In this document: in pieces, positions 1 to 6,762 of the stretch | Numbering within the stretch: the stretch's first letter is position 1 | Layout of the letters: each line of letters opens with the position of its first letter | Origin: an uncultured virus (IMG/VR IMGVR_UViG_3300037512_002166) | Taxonomy: Duplodnaviria; Heunggongvirae; Uroviricota; Caudoviricetes | Reading direction: 5' to 3' (one strand) | IMG/VR virus record: IMGVR_UViG_3300037512_002166 | DNA length: 20,310 nt | The notes under the pieces: model-generated | What the model saw: the letters and a program-made list of their open reading frames with translations, nothing else | Told to the model about the DNA's origin: nothing | Databases searched by the model: none | Position numbers and translations under genes: made by a program

Positions 1-401
1 TGCTGCATGATCTGCTGAATCGTGTTGTCAATCGCAGTTGTCTGCGACTGGCTCTGGCTGCCGCTCTGCGTGCCAGCAATGGAGTCGGTGATCGTCTGGG
101 TCATCGTGACTCCCTGGGCCACGCGCTCGGCGCGCTCGGTACCGAGCAGGTTAGCCAGGCTCGCGATCTGGGCGTTGTTGGCCTGGAACTGGGCGTTCGC
201 CAGGTCGCGGATGCCGTTGGCCTTCGCGTTCGAGAAGATCGGAGCGAAGATCCAGGCACCTACGCCAAGGGCGGCGCCGACGGTACCAAGCACGAGACCG
301 GCGACGGCCGTGCCGGACGGGCGGCGGGACGACATCTCAGAGACCTTGAAGCTCTCGTACGGGGTCAGCCCCATGTGGTTCATCATTTCATCTGCTGCCA
401 T
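1..401 (-). CDS. Membrane-anchored hypothetical protein, 3'-truncated by the window edge (not in the ORF track)
   Basis: Hand translation from ATG at 401: MAADEMMNHMGLTPYESFKVSEMSSRRPSGTAVAGLVLGTVGAALGVGAWIFAPIF...AQFQANNAQIASLANLLGTERAERVAQG...SQSQSQTTAIDNTIQQIMQ, open to base 1. It has GC-rich third codon positions, an AT-rich leader, one Gly/Ala-rich hydrophobic helix, then a Q/S/T/N-rich region. Confidence 0.85.
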   Translation of the reverse strand, partial: MAADEMMNHMGLTPYESFKVSEMSSRRPSGTAVAGLVLGTVGAALGVGAWIFAPIFSNAKANGIRDLANAQFQANNAQIASLANLLGTERAERVAQGVTMTQTITDSIAGTQSGSQSQSQTTAIDNTIQQIMQ

Positions 402-420
402 AGCAAATAGGATTAGGGTT

Positions 421-460
421 AAACAAAATGTACCAACGACTCGATCGAATCGTTGGTACA
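421..460 (-). terminator. 32-bp near-perfect palindrome followed by a U-rich tract; likely intrinsic terminator and/or operator
   Basis: 429-460 reads TGTACCAACGA-c-TCGATCGA-a-TCGTTGGTACA, with one mismatched pair. On the minus strand it is followed directly by TTTTGTTT (428-421). Confidence 0.65.
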
Positions 461-480
461 AAGTTGCTACTATATGCTAC
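459..480 (-). promoter_or_regulatory. Putative Bacteroidota-type -7 box variant with 10-bp-phased direct repeats
   Basis: Minus strand reads GTAGCA-TATA-GTAGCA-ACTTTG. CAACTTTG (466-459) differs from TAnnTTTG only at position 1. TGCTAC occurs at 465-470 and 475-480. Confidence 0.45.
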
Positions 481-521
481 GGGGAACGAGGTTTGGGTAA
501 AACTAAACCCAACCAGTTGAT

Positions 522-821
522 TTATTGCTTTTTATGGAGCCAATTCTTTGGTACAGCATCTCTGAACTTCGAGAAGGAATACATGACGATGTTGCGCCTT
601 GGCTTCCCCATGTAATTACGCTTGATCACGCCGTATATCGCCTCCTTTGGCTTGTCGTAGAAATCAGCCAGCTCATCTATCGTGGCAAGGACGTCCGAAT
701 CTTTGTCTATTGCGTTAAGAATGGCCATCTCCTGCTCGCGCGTGCATCCGCCGTGCTTGATCTTCTTGATCCAGAAGCGCAGCGTGGTTATGAGAATCTC
801 TTCAACAAAATTTTCCTCCAT
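522..821 (-). CDS. Small putative DNA-binding protein (excisionase/MerR-like HTH)
   Basis: 99 aa. The C-terminal half ATIDELADFYDKPKEAIYGVIKRN-x-KPRR-x-YSF fits a helix-turn-helix plus wing pattern. Its start overlaps the end of the upstream gene. Confidence 0.65.
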   Translation of the reverse strand: MEENFVEEILITTLRFWIKKIKHGGCTREQEMAILNAIDKDSDVLATIDELADFYDKPKEAIYGVIKRNYMGKPRRNIVMYSFSKFRDAVPKNWLHKKQ

Positions 822-1233
822 CGGTAAAGAAAACCCTATAAATTGCTATCAGAAATAGTATCAGCGTGATCGTGATCGTAATGACGGCCACGAGCCATGC
901 GCAGCGACCGAAATGATACACGTACGTGTCAAACAGATCCACCGATTGCGGCAGAAGTGGAAGGGAACAGGCAATCCTGTGCCACCTGCACATCATCAGC
1001 ATCCTCGAGTAGATCAGGTGCGCGGCAATGACGGCCGGCGAGACAAAGAAGAAGTAGTCGATGATGTCGAGCCAGACTCCATGGCAGAAGGAGTATGCCG
1101 CAAACAGGAAGACAAACATTCCGGTGTACACGAAAGGAAGCACCTGTACGGCCATCGTTATCCGCCTCAGAATCTCGACAAGGGACCTACTCCTCGGTGT
1201 CGGGCTTCTTCTCGAGATTCGTCTCATTCTCAT
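802..1233 (-). CDS. Integral membrane protein with 3-4 TM segments and a CRWHR motif; function unknown
   Basis: 143 aa with a basic N-terminus and hydrophobic stretches (VQVLPFVYTGMFVFLFAAYSF; YFFFVSPAVIAAHLIY; AWLVAVITITITLILFLIAIY). It overlaps both neighbours. The exact start is uncertain. Confidence 0.75.
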   Translation of the reverse strand: MRMRRISRRSPTPRSRSLVEILRRITMAVQVLPFVYTGMFVFLFAAYSFCHGVWLDIIDYFFFVSPAVIAAHLIYSRMLMMCRWHRIACSLPLLPQSVDLFDTYVYHFGRCAWLVAVITITITLILFLIAIYRVFFTDGGKFC

Positions 1234-1330
1234 TGTTGTCCGGAACTATTCTCGGGCGCGGACCGATATGCGGCGGTTTGACACCTTTTGTGGATGCGCC
1301 TCCCTTTTTCTTTCTCTTCTTCGGTTTCAT
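1187..1330 (-). CDS. 47-aa peptide with a basic N-terminus and acidic C-terminus (below the ORF-track cutoff)
   Basis: MKPKKRKKKGGASTKGVKPPHIGPRPRIVPDNNENETNLEKKPDTEE*. Its ATG (1330-1328) overlaps the rusA TGA (1329-1327) as ATGA, and it fills an otherwise empty gap. Confidence 0.55.
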   Translation of the reverse strand: MKPKKRKKKGGASTKGVKPPHIGPRPRIVPDNNENETNLEKKPDTEE

Positions 1331-1692
1331 ATTTCTACAATCTTAAATTCAACCCTGGGGTTATTCTTATCCACGAACTTCTCGGCCACGATCTTCACGC
1401 ACTTGTTGTCGTTCTTGATTGTCTTCGTGTACTGCAGGCAGTCAAGCAACGTCTTGAGGCTATTGTCGAGGTCTGGGCTGAGAGTCTCGAAATAGACGCG
1501 CACGTGCAGCTCGAAGAAGCCGCTGATCATCATATTCCGATACTTGCCCACCTGCATGAAGAAGTCCTTTTCGTACTTTTCCGTCGCGTTGGTCTTCTTC
1601 AGTGAAGCGTGCCCTCCGATGTAGACAATCTTGTAGTTGTTGGCTTTTGCCGGGCAATGCCCGATGATTGTTTGCCAATCGTGTTCTATCAT
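1327..1692 (-). CDS. rusA: RusA-family Holliday junction resolvase
   Basis: 121 aa with N-terminal G-x-x-P-A-K-A-N, PDLDNSLKTLLDCL, IKNDN and C-terminal NPRVEFKI, matching the RusA DxDN...D...DD-like acidic pattern. Confidence 0.85.
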   Translation of the reverse strand: MIEHDWQTIIGHCPAKANNYKIVYIGGHASLKKTNATEKYEKDFFMQVGKYRNMMISGFFELHVRVYFETLSPDLDNSLKTLLDCLQYTKTIKNDNKCVKIVAEKFVDKNNPRVEFKIVEI

Positions 1693-1768
1693 ATTTGCAT
1701 CTTTATAAAAGGCACCCGGATGCCGGCCCGATTTTCAGACAATCTGCAGGTAGAGCCGGGCGCCAATA

Positions 1769-2053
1769 TCATGGTTCCTGTACAGGAGCGAATTTCTCCT
1801 CAATCATGGCCTTGATCTCGAGCGCCGCCGCCATCAGAGCCGGGGCCACCTGGTCGTTGTCCGGCTCCATCCTGTACATCATCGAACTGGCCGTCTTCGA
1901 TGCACTGAAGCGGCCGAGGCCAGGAACAGCACCGCTGAAAGAGTTGATCGCAAAATCAGCCACGAGAGCATATTCGCCGGCGGCATTAAAGTCGCCCTCG
2001 ACCTCATAATTGCCCTTATGTTCGATGACCGAAAGTGTAATCGTGCTTGCCAT
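1769..2053 (-). CDS. Hypothetical protein
   Basis: 94 aa, ATG start, tightly packed in the operon 5 bp after the upstream stop. Confidence 0.7.
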   Translation of the reverse strand: MASTITLSVIEHKGNYEVEGDFNAAGEYALVADFAINSFSGAVPGLGRFSASKTASSMMYRMEPDNDQVAPALMAAALEIKAMIEEKFAPVQEP

Positions 2054-2058
2054 AGCTT

Positions 2059-2697
2059 TTATTTTCTGATTAGGTTATACTTCGCATTGACGGTGGCTAC
2101 TACTCCGTGTACCGGCTGACCGGCAACGAATCCACCACCATATCCGCCCTTGACCCCCATCTGCCAGCGACCCTTCCAGAAATCAAGCTCCAGGTTGGCG
2201 CTCGCGAAGAACGCGTTCGGGATGATCTGCGCCTCCACGGACGGAGACAGCATGAACTTCGGATACTTGTATTCCGGGACAGGCACGGTGATGTACGCCG
2301 TTTTCTGATTGACCTTAATCCAGTCGATCGTTGTGTGCCAGCCGGTAATCTGCGCCTCGTAGGTTGAATCCACTTCGTCGCGGAAGAGACTGGTCTCAAG
2401 CTGGACCGGGTAGTAGATGAATGTCGTGTCCGGCTCTACGGCGGACAGGGAGTCAATGATTCGCTTCAGTTCAGCAACGGTGCCAACCGGGTACATCTCC
2501 TTTCCAGCAGGCTTTACCTCGTATGGTACGGGCTTCTCGATGTAAACCGGCTTGTCAACGTACTCAGTATCAGGCTTGATGCTCGCAAGCGCGTCGTTGT
2601 AACCACGCCTATATTCGACCTTGCTGCTATGGAAGACCATGAGCGCAAAGGTGGCGACCACCACAACCCAAAATATCACCTTTCCGATCGTGCTCAT
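2059..2697 (-). CDS. Membrane-anchored lysis-cassette protein, possible spanin equivalent
   Basis: 212 aa with an N-terminal TM helix (VIFWVVVVATFALMVF), a Pro-rich linker and a beta-rich Gly/aromatic C-terminus. It has an ATGA overlap with the endolysin. The function is inferred from position. Confidence 0.6.
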   Translation of the reverse strand: MSTIGKVIFWVVVVATFALMVFHSSKVEYRRGYNDALASIKPDTEYVDKPVYIEKPVPYEVKPAGKEMYPVGTVAELKRIIDSLSAVEPDTTFIYYPVQLETSLFRDEVDSTYEAQITGWHTTIDWIKVNQKTAYITVPVPEYKYPKFMLSPSVEAQIIPNAFFASANLELDFWKGRWQMGVKGGYGGGFVAGQPVHGVVATVNAKYNLIRK

Positions 2698-3131
2698 TTC
2701 GTCATCGTTTTGATCTGCCGGCGCTGTTCGCCAGCGTTGTTGTAAAGGCCGATATGCAGCCAGCGGGCGCCGGATTTGCCATCTGTCTCGATAATGAGCT
2801 GATCGAAAGCGATATTGTTCTCAAGAAGCCAGTTCTTCGTGAACTCCACGAAATCCTCAAACTTCCCACCCGTCTGCAGGTCGACCGCATAACCAATCTG
2901 GTGGACGGACGTCTCGGAGCCGCCGATATATCTATTGAGGCCCTCGGAGCGGAATCCTGACGTCGCGTTGATAGCTTTCCCCCACGCCTCGCGGAGCGGG
3001 TCGAGAATCTTCGTCACCAGCTCATCAAGATGCACGACAACCTCCCAGGATGGAAGGTTTTCTATCTTGCACGAGAGCGCGGTGTTGGACCGAAGGAGCT
3101 CTTCGAGGGTGAAATACTTATGCTGGCCCAT
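2694..3131 (-). CDS. Endolysin, Zn-dependent peptidase M15 family
   Basis: SGFRS...LN..IGGS..SVHQIGYAVD (SxHxxxxAxD), FDQLIIE and WLHIG supply the His/Asp/His zinc ligands. It lies directly downstream of the holin. Confidence 0.9.
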   Translation of the reverse strand: MGQHKYFTLEELLRSNTALSCKIENLPSWEVVVHLDELVTKILDPLREAWGKAINATSGFRSEGLNRYIGGSETSVHQIGYAVDLQTGGKFEDFVEFTKNWLLENNIAFDQLIIETDGKSGARWLHIGLYNNAGEQRRQIKTMTK

Positions 3132-3133
3132 GA

Positions 3134-3658
3134 CTACGCCTCCTTCTTCACAAAACGGCCGGTTTTCTGGTCCCTGGCAGGCGCGCCAGCCTCCTTATAC
3201 CCATCGATGTTGAGTCCGGTTGTCTCCTCGACGCGGAATTTCATGAACTTGCGGAGCCATCTGAACACGGGGTGATCGGAGATGATGGCCGCATTTTCAA
3301 GGAACGACCAGAATTCGACACCGCAGGCAAATCCGGTGAAGTAGTTGGCCAGGCGGAGACGGCCCTCGTTCGCGATGGTACGGTCGAGCATCTCAGTAAG
3401 CACGATTCCAATAAGGAGGAACACATACTTGTAGATGGCGCGCCAGGCCTTGACGCTCTCGAAGGCGAACCTCTCCTTCTTCCTCTTCGCCACGACGGCA
3501 GATTTGATGCACCCGGTAATAAAGTCCACAAACTCGAAAACGGTTACAGTGATAAACAGCGGGAGAAGGTTCTCCGTGAATACGGTCAAGAAGCCGGCAA
3601 GGATGCCGGCCATGACTTTTTCGTGGTACAAATTCATCTGTATCATAGCATTACTCAT
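3134..3658 (-). CDS. Phage holin (Phage_holin_4-like)
   Basis: 174 aa with several hydrophobic segments and the DFITG and EFWSFLEN motifs typical of this family; immediately precedes the endolysin. Confidence 0.8.
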   Translation of the reverse strand: MSNAMIQMNLYHEKVMAGILAGFLTVFTENLLPLFITVTVFEFVDFITGCIKSAVVAKRKKERFAFESVKAWRAIYKYVFLLIGIVLTEMLDRTIANEGRLRLANYFTGFACGVEFWSFLENAAIISDHPVFRWLRKFMKFRVEETTGLNIDGYKEAGAPARDQKTGRFVKKEA

Positions 3659-5165
3659 TATTAGCTTGCGTAGCCTTTACGCCGGCGGCGGCCGCCTCCA
3701 GCTGCTTCTTCTCGGCCTCCTCGACCTCCTTGTCGACGCGCATCTGCTCGTCGGGCGTAGATTCGGTGTTCTTCTCGATGAGGGTCTGCCCAGAGATGCC
3801 GCCGGCCTTCCTCAGCGTTGTAAGCATCTGGTTGTACTCAGCCTCGCTGCGCGGACGCCAGATCTTAAACTCGGCATTGATGTCCATGGCATCAAACCTA
3901 GTCATCGCGGTGCTGTCTTCCGACTTAGCCACAAGCTCCTTGCCGACACCATGCTTGAACAGCCGGCACATCTTGCTCGCGACGTTCTGCCACTCGATGG
4001 CGGCAGACAGCGCCTCCTCGTTGTCGAGAGACTGAGCAATCTGCACGGCCACGCCAGACACATCGCCGGAGAGGCTGATGTCCTTCGGGAGAATGAACGT
4101 CACGCCGGCGCCCTTCTGGATGGTCTCCTCCATCGCCTTGAGCGTCTCGATCATGTTCTGCGGGCTTGGCGGCGAGAGGAACTTTGCGTCGCCGTCGCTG
4201 TTCAGCGAGGAATCGTTGAGCACGACGTTGCCGGCTATCTTCTTGGCCTTCTGGTCGAACTTTCCCTTGATATAGAGAACACCCCAGCCGTGCCGCTTCT
4301 GGATCACCAGGAAGATGTTATAGATGATCTCGTACACCTCAATGGTGTCTTGCACGTCATCCCAGGCGACCTGGCCACGCTTTGTCACGAGAGGGATCTC
4401 GTCGAATCCGTGATCTATGCCCCAGCAATCATCAACCTTCTTCCACTCCGGGCCCTCCTCTCCGGGGTTGCTCGAATCCTTCTTGAGGCGATACTGTTGC
4501 TTGTCGGTGTACACGTCAATAATCTCGACCTCTCCCTGGCGGTAGTACACGGCTTCGCAGAGGCGGTCGCCGTTATCGTCGTTGTGGGAGCAGATCACAT
4601 AGCCGTCCTGGTAGGAAATAAGGCGGCTCTTGATGCGCTTGTTGCGATCGAAGTAGTACAGCAGGCCAGCATCTCCACAGGACAGCTGCGCGGTCACCAG
4701 CTTGGTGCGCATACCGCCCTGGTTCCGCTGCTTCCAGTAGCGCTTGAAGGTCGCGAAATCCTTCTTGTCGTCCTCGCTCGGCTCCTCGTTATCGAGGGTG
4801 AACTGAATGTCATAGCCGCAAAGATGCAGGACCTTCTTCTTGAGGATCGCCCGCTGGAACGGGACCGGCATCTTCTTGAATTCGATGTCGACATAGCTGC
4901 CGTTGTTGAGCTTCGCGGTTATGGAGGGGATATTCTCGTCGAAAAGCACGTCATGACAGGCAGGGTCGAGTTCCGCCAGGTAGCGGGACTGAGATATAAC
5001 CCTCCGGTCGAATTTCGGAAGCGTGGCAGTCTGGACCTCGCCAACCTCTGCCGTCCTGTTCTGGAGATCTGGCGACTCCGGCTCCGGCTTGTCGCATCCA
5101 CGCGTAAAGGGCTTCTTTTTCAGAAGCTCTTCCGGGTGCTCGAGGAGATATTCGATAGTTGCCAT
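3651..5165 (-). CDS. Phage portal protein (SPP1 gp6-like)
   Basis: 504 aa of portal size. Recognisable segments include CGDAGLLYYFD, HGFDEIPLV, GDAKFL, SGDVSGVA, INAEFKIWRPRSEAE, GGISGQTLIE and a charged DEQMRVDKE tail. Confidence 0.75.
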   Translation of the reverse strand: MATIEYLLEHPEELLKKKPFTRGCDKPEPESPDLQNRTAEVGEVQTATLPKFDRRVISQSRYLAELDPACHDVLFDENIPSITAKLNNGSYVDIEFKKMPVPFQRAILKKKVLHLCGYDIQFTLDNEEPSEDDKKDFATFKRYWKQRNQGGMRTKLVTAQLSCGDAGLLYYFDRNKRIKSRLISYQDGYVICSHNDDNGDRLCEAVYYRQGEVEIIDVYTDKQQYRLKKDSSNPGEEGPEWKKVDDCWGIDHGFDEIPLVTKRGQVAWDDVQDTIEVYEIIYNIFLVIQKRHGWGVLYIKGKFDQKAKKIAGNVVLNDSSLNSDGDAKFLSPPSPQNMIETLKAMEETIQKGAGVTFILPKDISLSGDVSGVAVQIAQSLDNEEALSAAIEWQNVASKMCRLFKHGVGKELVAKSEDSTAMTRFDAMDINAEFKIWRPRSEAEYNQMLTTLRKAGGISGQTLIEKNTESTPDEQMRVDKEVEEAEKKQLEAAAAGVKATQANNE

Positions 5166-5184
5166 AGTCTAAGTCTTGATGTTT

Positions 5185-5265
5185 GTGCAAATTTTGACAC
5201 GACTGAAAAATCCTGCAAGGATTTTTTCTGCGGAGTTTTTCACATTTTGAGAATGGTGAAAAACT
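5185..5265 (-). promoter_or_regulatory. AT-rich intergenic region with two inverted repeats and a promoter-like element upstream of the portal gene
   Basis: AGTTTTTCAC/GTGAAAAACT (5234-5243/5256-5265) and AAAAATCCT-gca-AGGATTTTT (5206-5226). Minus-strand CTTG-N20-AAAATTTG resembles TTTG-N19-21-TAnnTTTG. Confidence 0.5.
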
Positions 5266-5272
5266 TTCTCGT

Positions 5273-5833
5273 CTACTGCTCGAGGAGGGATGGGTCAATG
5301 GAGATTTCCCGGTGGCAATGAGGGCAGACAGTGTCGAATTTGCTCTCGACGACGACGCGCTGCTCAACCACACGTTCCGTGGTGTTGAACTTCTCTGTCA
5401 GCTTCACGCGGATGTCTGCGATGCGGGCCACAACCTGGGCCATTTCCTTCGGGTCGAGTGCGGCGTATTCCTTGCCGTCGACAACCTTCTTTGCGTCGCG
5501 GAGCTCGATCAGCGAGTTCATATCGTCGATAAGGCCCTGCTTCAGATCGTCAAACGAGACAGTCTGGTCATCGGATTCCTCCGGGAAGAATTTCCCAACC
5601 TCGTGCTCTATCGTGATGGTTTTCCGCTCAACCCAGTATGCATTGTATTCCCCCTCGCTGGGCGGCTCACCGAACACGCTGCGGTAGGCCATGAGCCTGT
5701 CCCCGTACACATGTACGAGGACGGCGCATGACACATCGCGGAGACCGGCTTCTATGCCCTGCTCGCGAAGACCCGACAGGATCTCGCGCACGTCATCATT
5801 GCTGATCCCCATTTCCATTCTGCTTTTCGCCAA
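5273..5833 (-). CDS. Hypothetical protein with C-terminal CPHC; possibly terminase small subunit-like
   Basis: 186 aa, largely helical, located upstream of the portal gene. The ORF is solid; the TerS call is weak inference. Confidence 0.55.
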   Translation of the reverse strand: MAKSRMEMGISNDDVREILSGLREQGIEAGLRDVSCAVLVHVYGDRLMAYRSVFGEPPSEGEYNAYWVERKTITIEHEVGKFFPEESDDQTVSFDDLKQGLIDDMNSLIELRDAKKVVDGKEYAALDPKEMAQVVARIADIRVKLTEKFNTTERVVEQRVVVESKFDTVCPHCHREISIDPSLLEQ

Positions 5834-6329
5834 GCTTCGCGAGGTCTTCCTTGACCTGCTCGCCGGCCATCACTTCAGCCTCAAAGGCAATGTTCGCAAG
5901 TTCATCCTCCAGGGTGTCCTTGCGCGGCTCGGCGGCCTCCTTCTGAAGGCGCTCGTAGTACGCGTTGCGCTTCTTGATGATCTCGTTCGACACGTCGACC
6001 ATGAAGTCCTGGTTCGTGAAGATGTCGAGCGGCAGCGTAAGTGCGTTGATAATCATCGCACAGATGGTGTCGTACTGCTCCTGGTCTTCCGCGTTGTACT
6101 CATCGCGCTTGTCCATGTAGTCGCAGTACCACTTCAGCGTCTCGAAAAGGGCGCCGCCCTGCAGGTTGTTGGCCAGCGTAGGCTTCGACACGACGAAGAA
6201 GCCCGTGGCGTGCAGATAGATGAAGGTCCGGCAGCGCACGATCTCGATGGCCTCGGTGACCTTATAGCGCTTCACGATGTCGCCCTCCTCGATAAGGAGT
6301 TCGACCGGGTTCGTAATCTTCTCACTCAT
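5796..6329 (-). CDS. Hypothetical protein (177 aa; start reassigned from 6650 to 6329)
   Basis: The ATG of MSEKITNPVELL at 6329 overlaps the upstream TAA (TAATG). The extension to 6650 lies within another gene. Confidence 0.75.
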   Translation of the reverse strand: MSEKITNPVELLIEEGDIVKRYKVTEAIEIVRCRTFIYLHATGFFVVSKPTLANNLQGGALFETLKWYCDYMDKRDEYNAEDQEQYDTICAMIINALTLPLDIFTNQDFMVDVSNEIIKKRNAYYERLQKEAAEPRKDTLEDELANIAFEAEVMAGEQVKEDLAKLGEKQNGNGDQQ

Positions 6330-6760
6330 TAGTCTTCGGTTTTCTGGGATTGTTCTTTCTCGTACGCCTCCTGCTGCTTGATGCAGTGCGTGTAGAAGAG
6401 GCGGAGGCGCTCCTCCTTCTTCAGCTTGGACACCGACGATACGGACACGCCGTATACGTTGGCGATATACTGGTTGGTATCGGCCGCCCGGGAGAATTTC
6501 GGGACGAACTTCGCGTCCAGGAACTTGTACGGGTGTACGGATACTACCTTCGCGATGCCATCCGTATTGAAGGACTGGACGATGATCGGGGACTTCCCGT
6601 AGTTCATCTTCACGATGGCGTACGTCTCGCGGAGGTTGTGCGAGAGGCATTTCGCGATGGCGTTGATCCAGACCGGCGTCGTTGCGTCGGCCTCGGCAGG
6701 CATTTCCGGCAAGCCGGCATACATGAGCGCCTGGGTCTCATCCTGTTGTGTCTTGTTCAT
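6329..6760 (-). CDS. Hypothetical protein
   Basis: 143 aa, starts 2 bp after the upstream stop and is coupled to the downstream gene. Confidence 0.75.
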   Translation of the reverse strand: MNKTQQDETQALMYAGLPEMPAEADATTPVWINAIAKCLSHNLRETYAIVKMNYGKSPIIVQSFNTDGIAKVVSVHPYKFLDAKFVPKFSRAADTNQYIANVYGVSVSSVSKLKKEERLRLFYTHCIKQQEAYEKEQSQKTED

Positions 6761-6762
6761 AA

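Noticed and set aside
402..521. CRISPR mini-array, tRNA or protelomerase site
   Set aside because: There is no repeat-spacer periodicity or cloverleaf. The palindrome is short, sits next to a U tract, and no protelomerase gene is visible.
22..615. 197-aa plus-strand ORF
   Set aside because: The minus-strand frame from 401 has a better start context, codon bias and protein-like sequence. This ORF also runs through the regulatory gap.
3435..5321. 628-aa plus-strand ORF
   Set aside because: It is the antisense shadow of the portal and holin genes. The L/V/R/H-rich composition is what strong GC3 bias produces on the opposite strand.
6330..6650. N-terminal extension of the 284-aa ORF
   Set aside because: It is an Arg/Pro-rich off-frame reading of the 6329-6760 gene. 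The TAATG coupling marks 6329 as the start.
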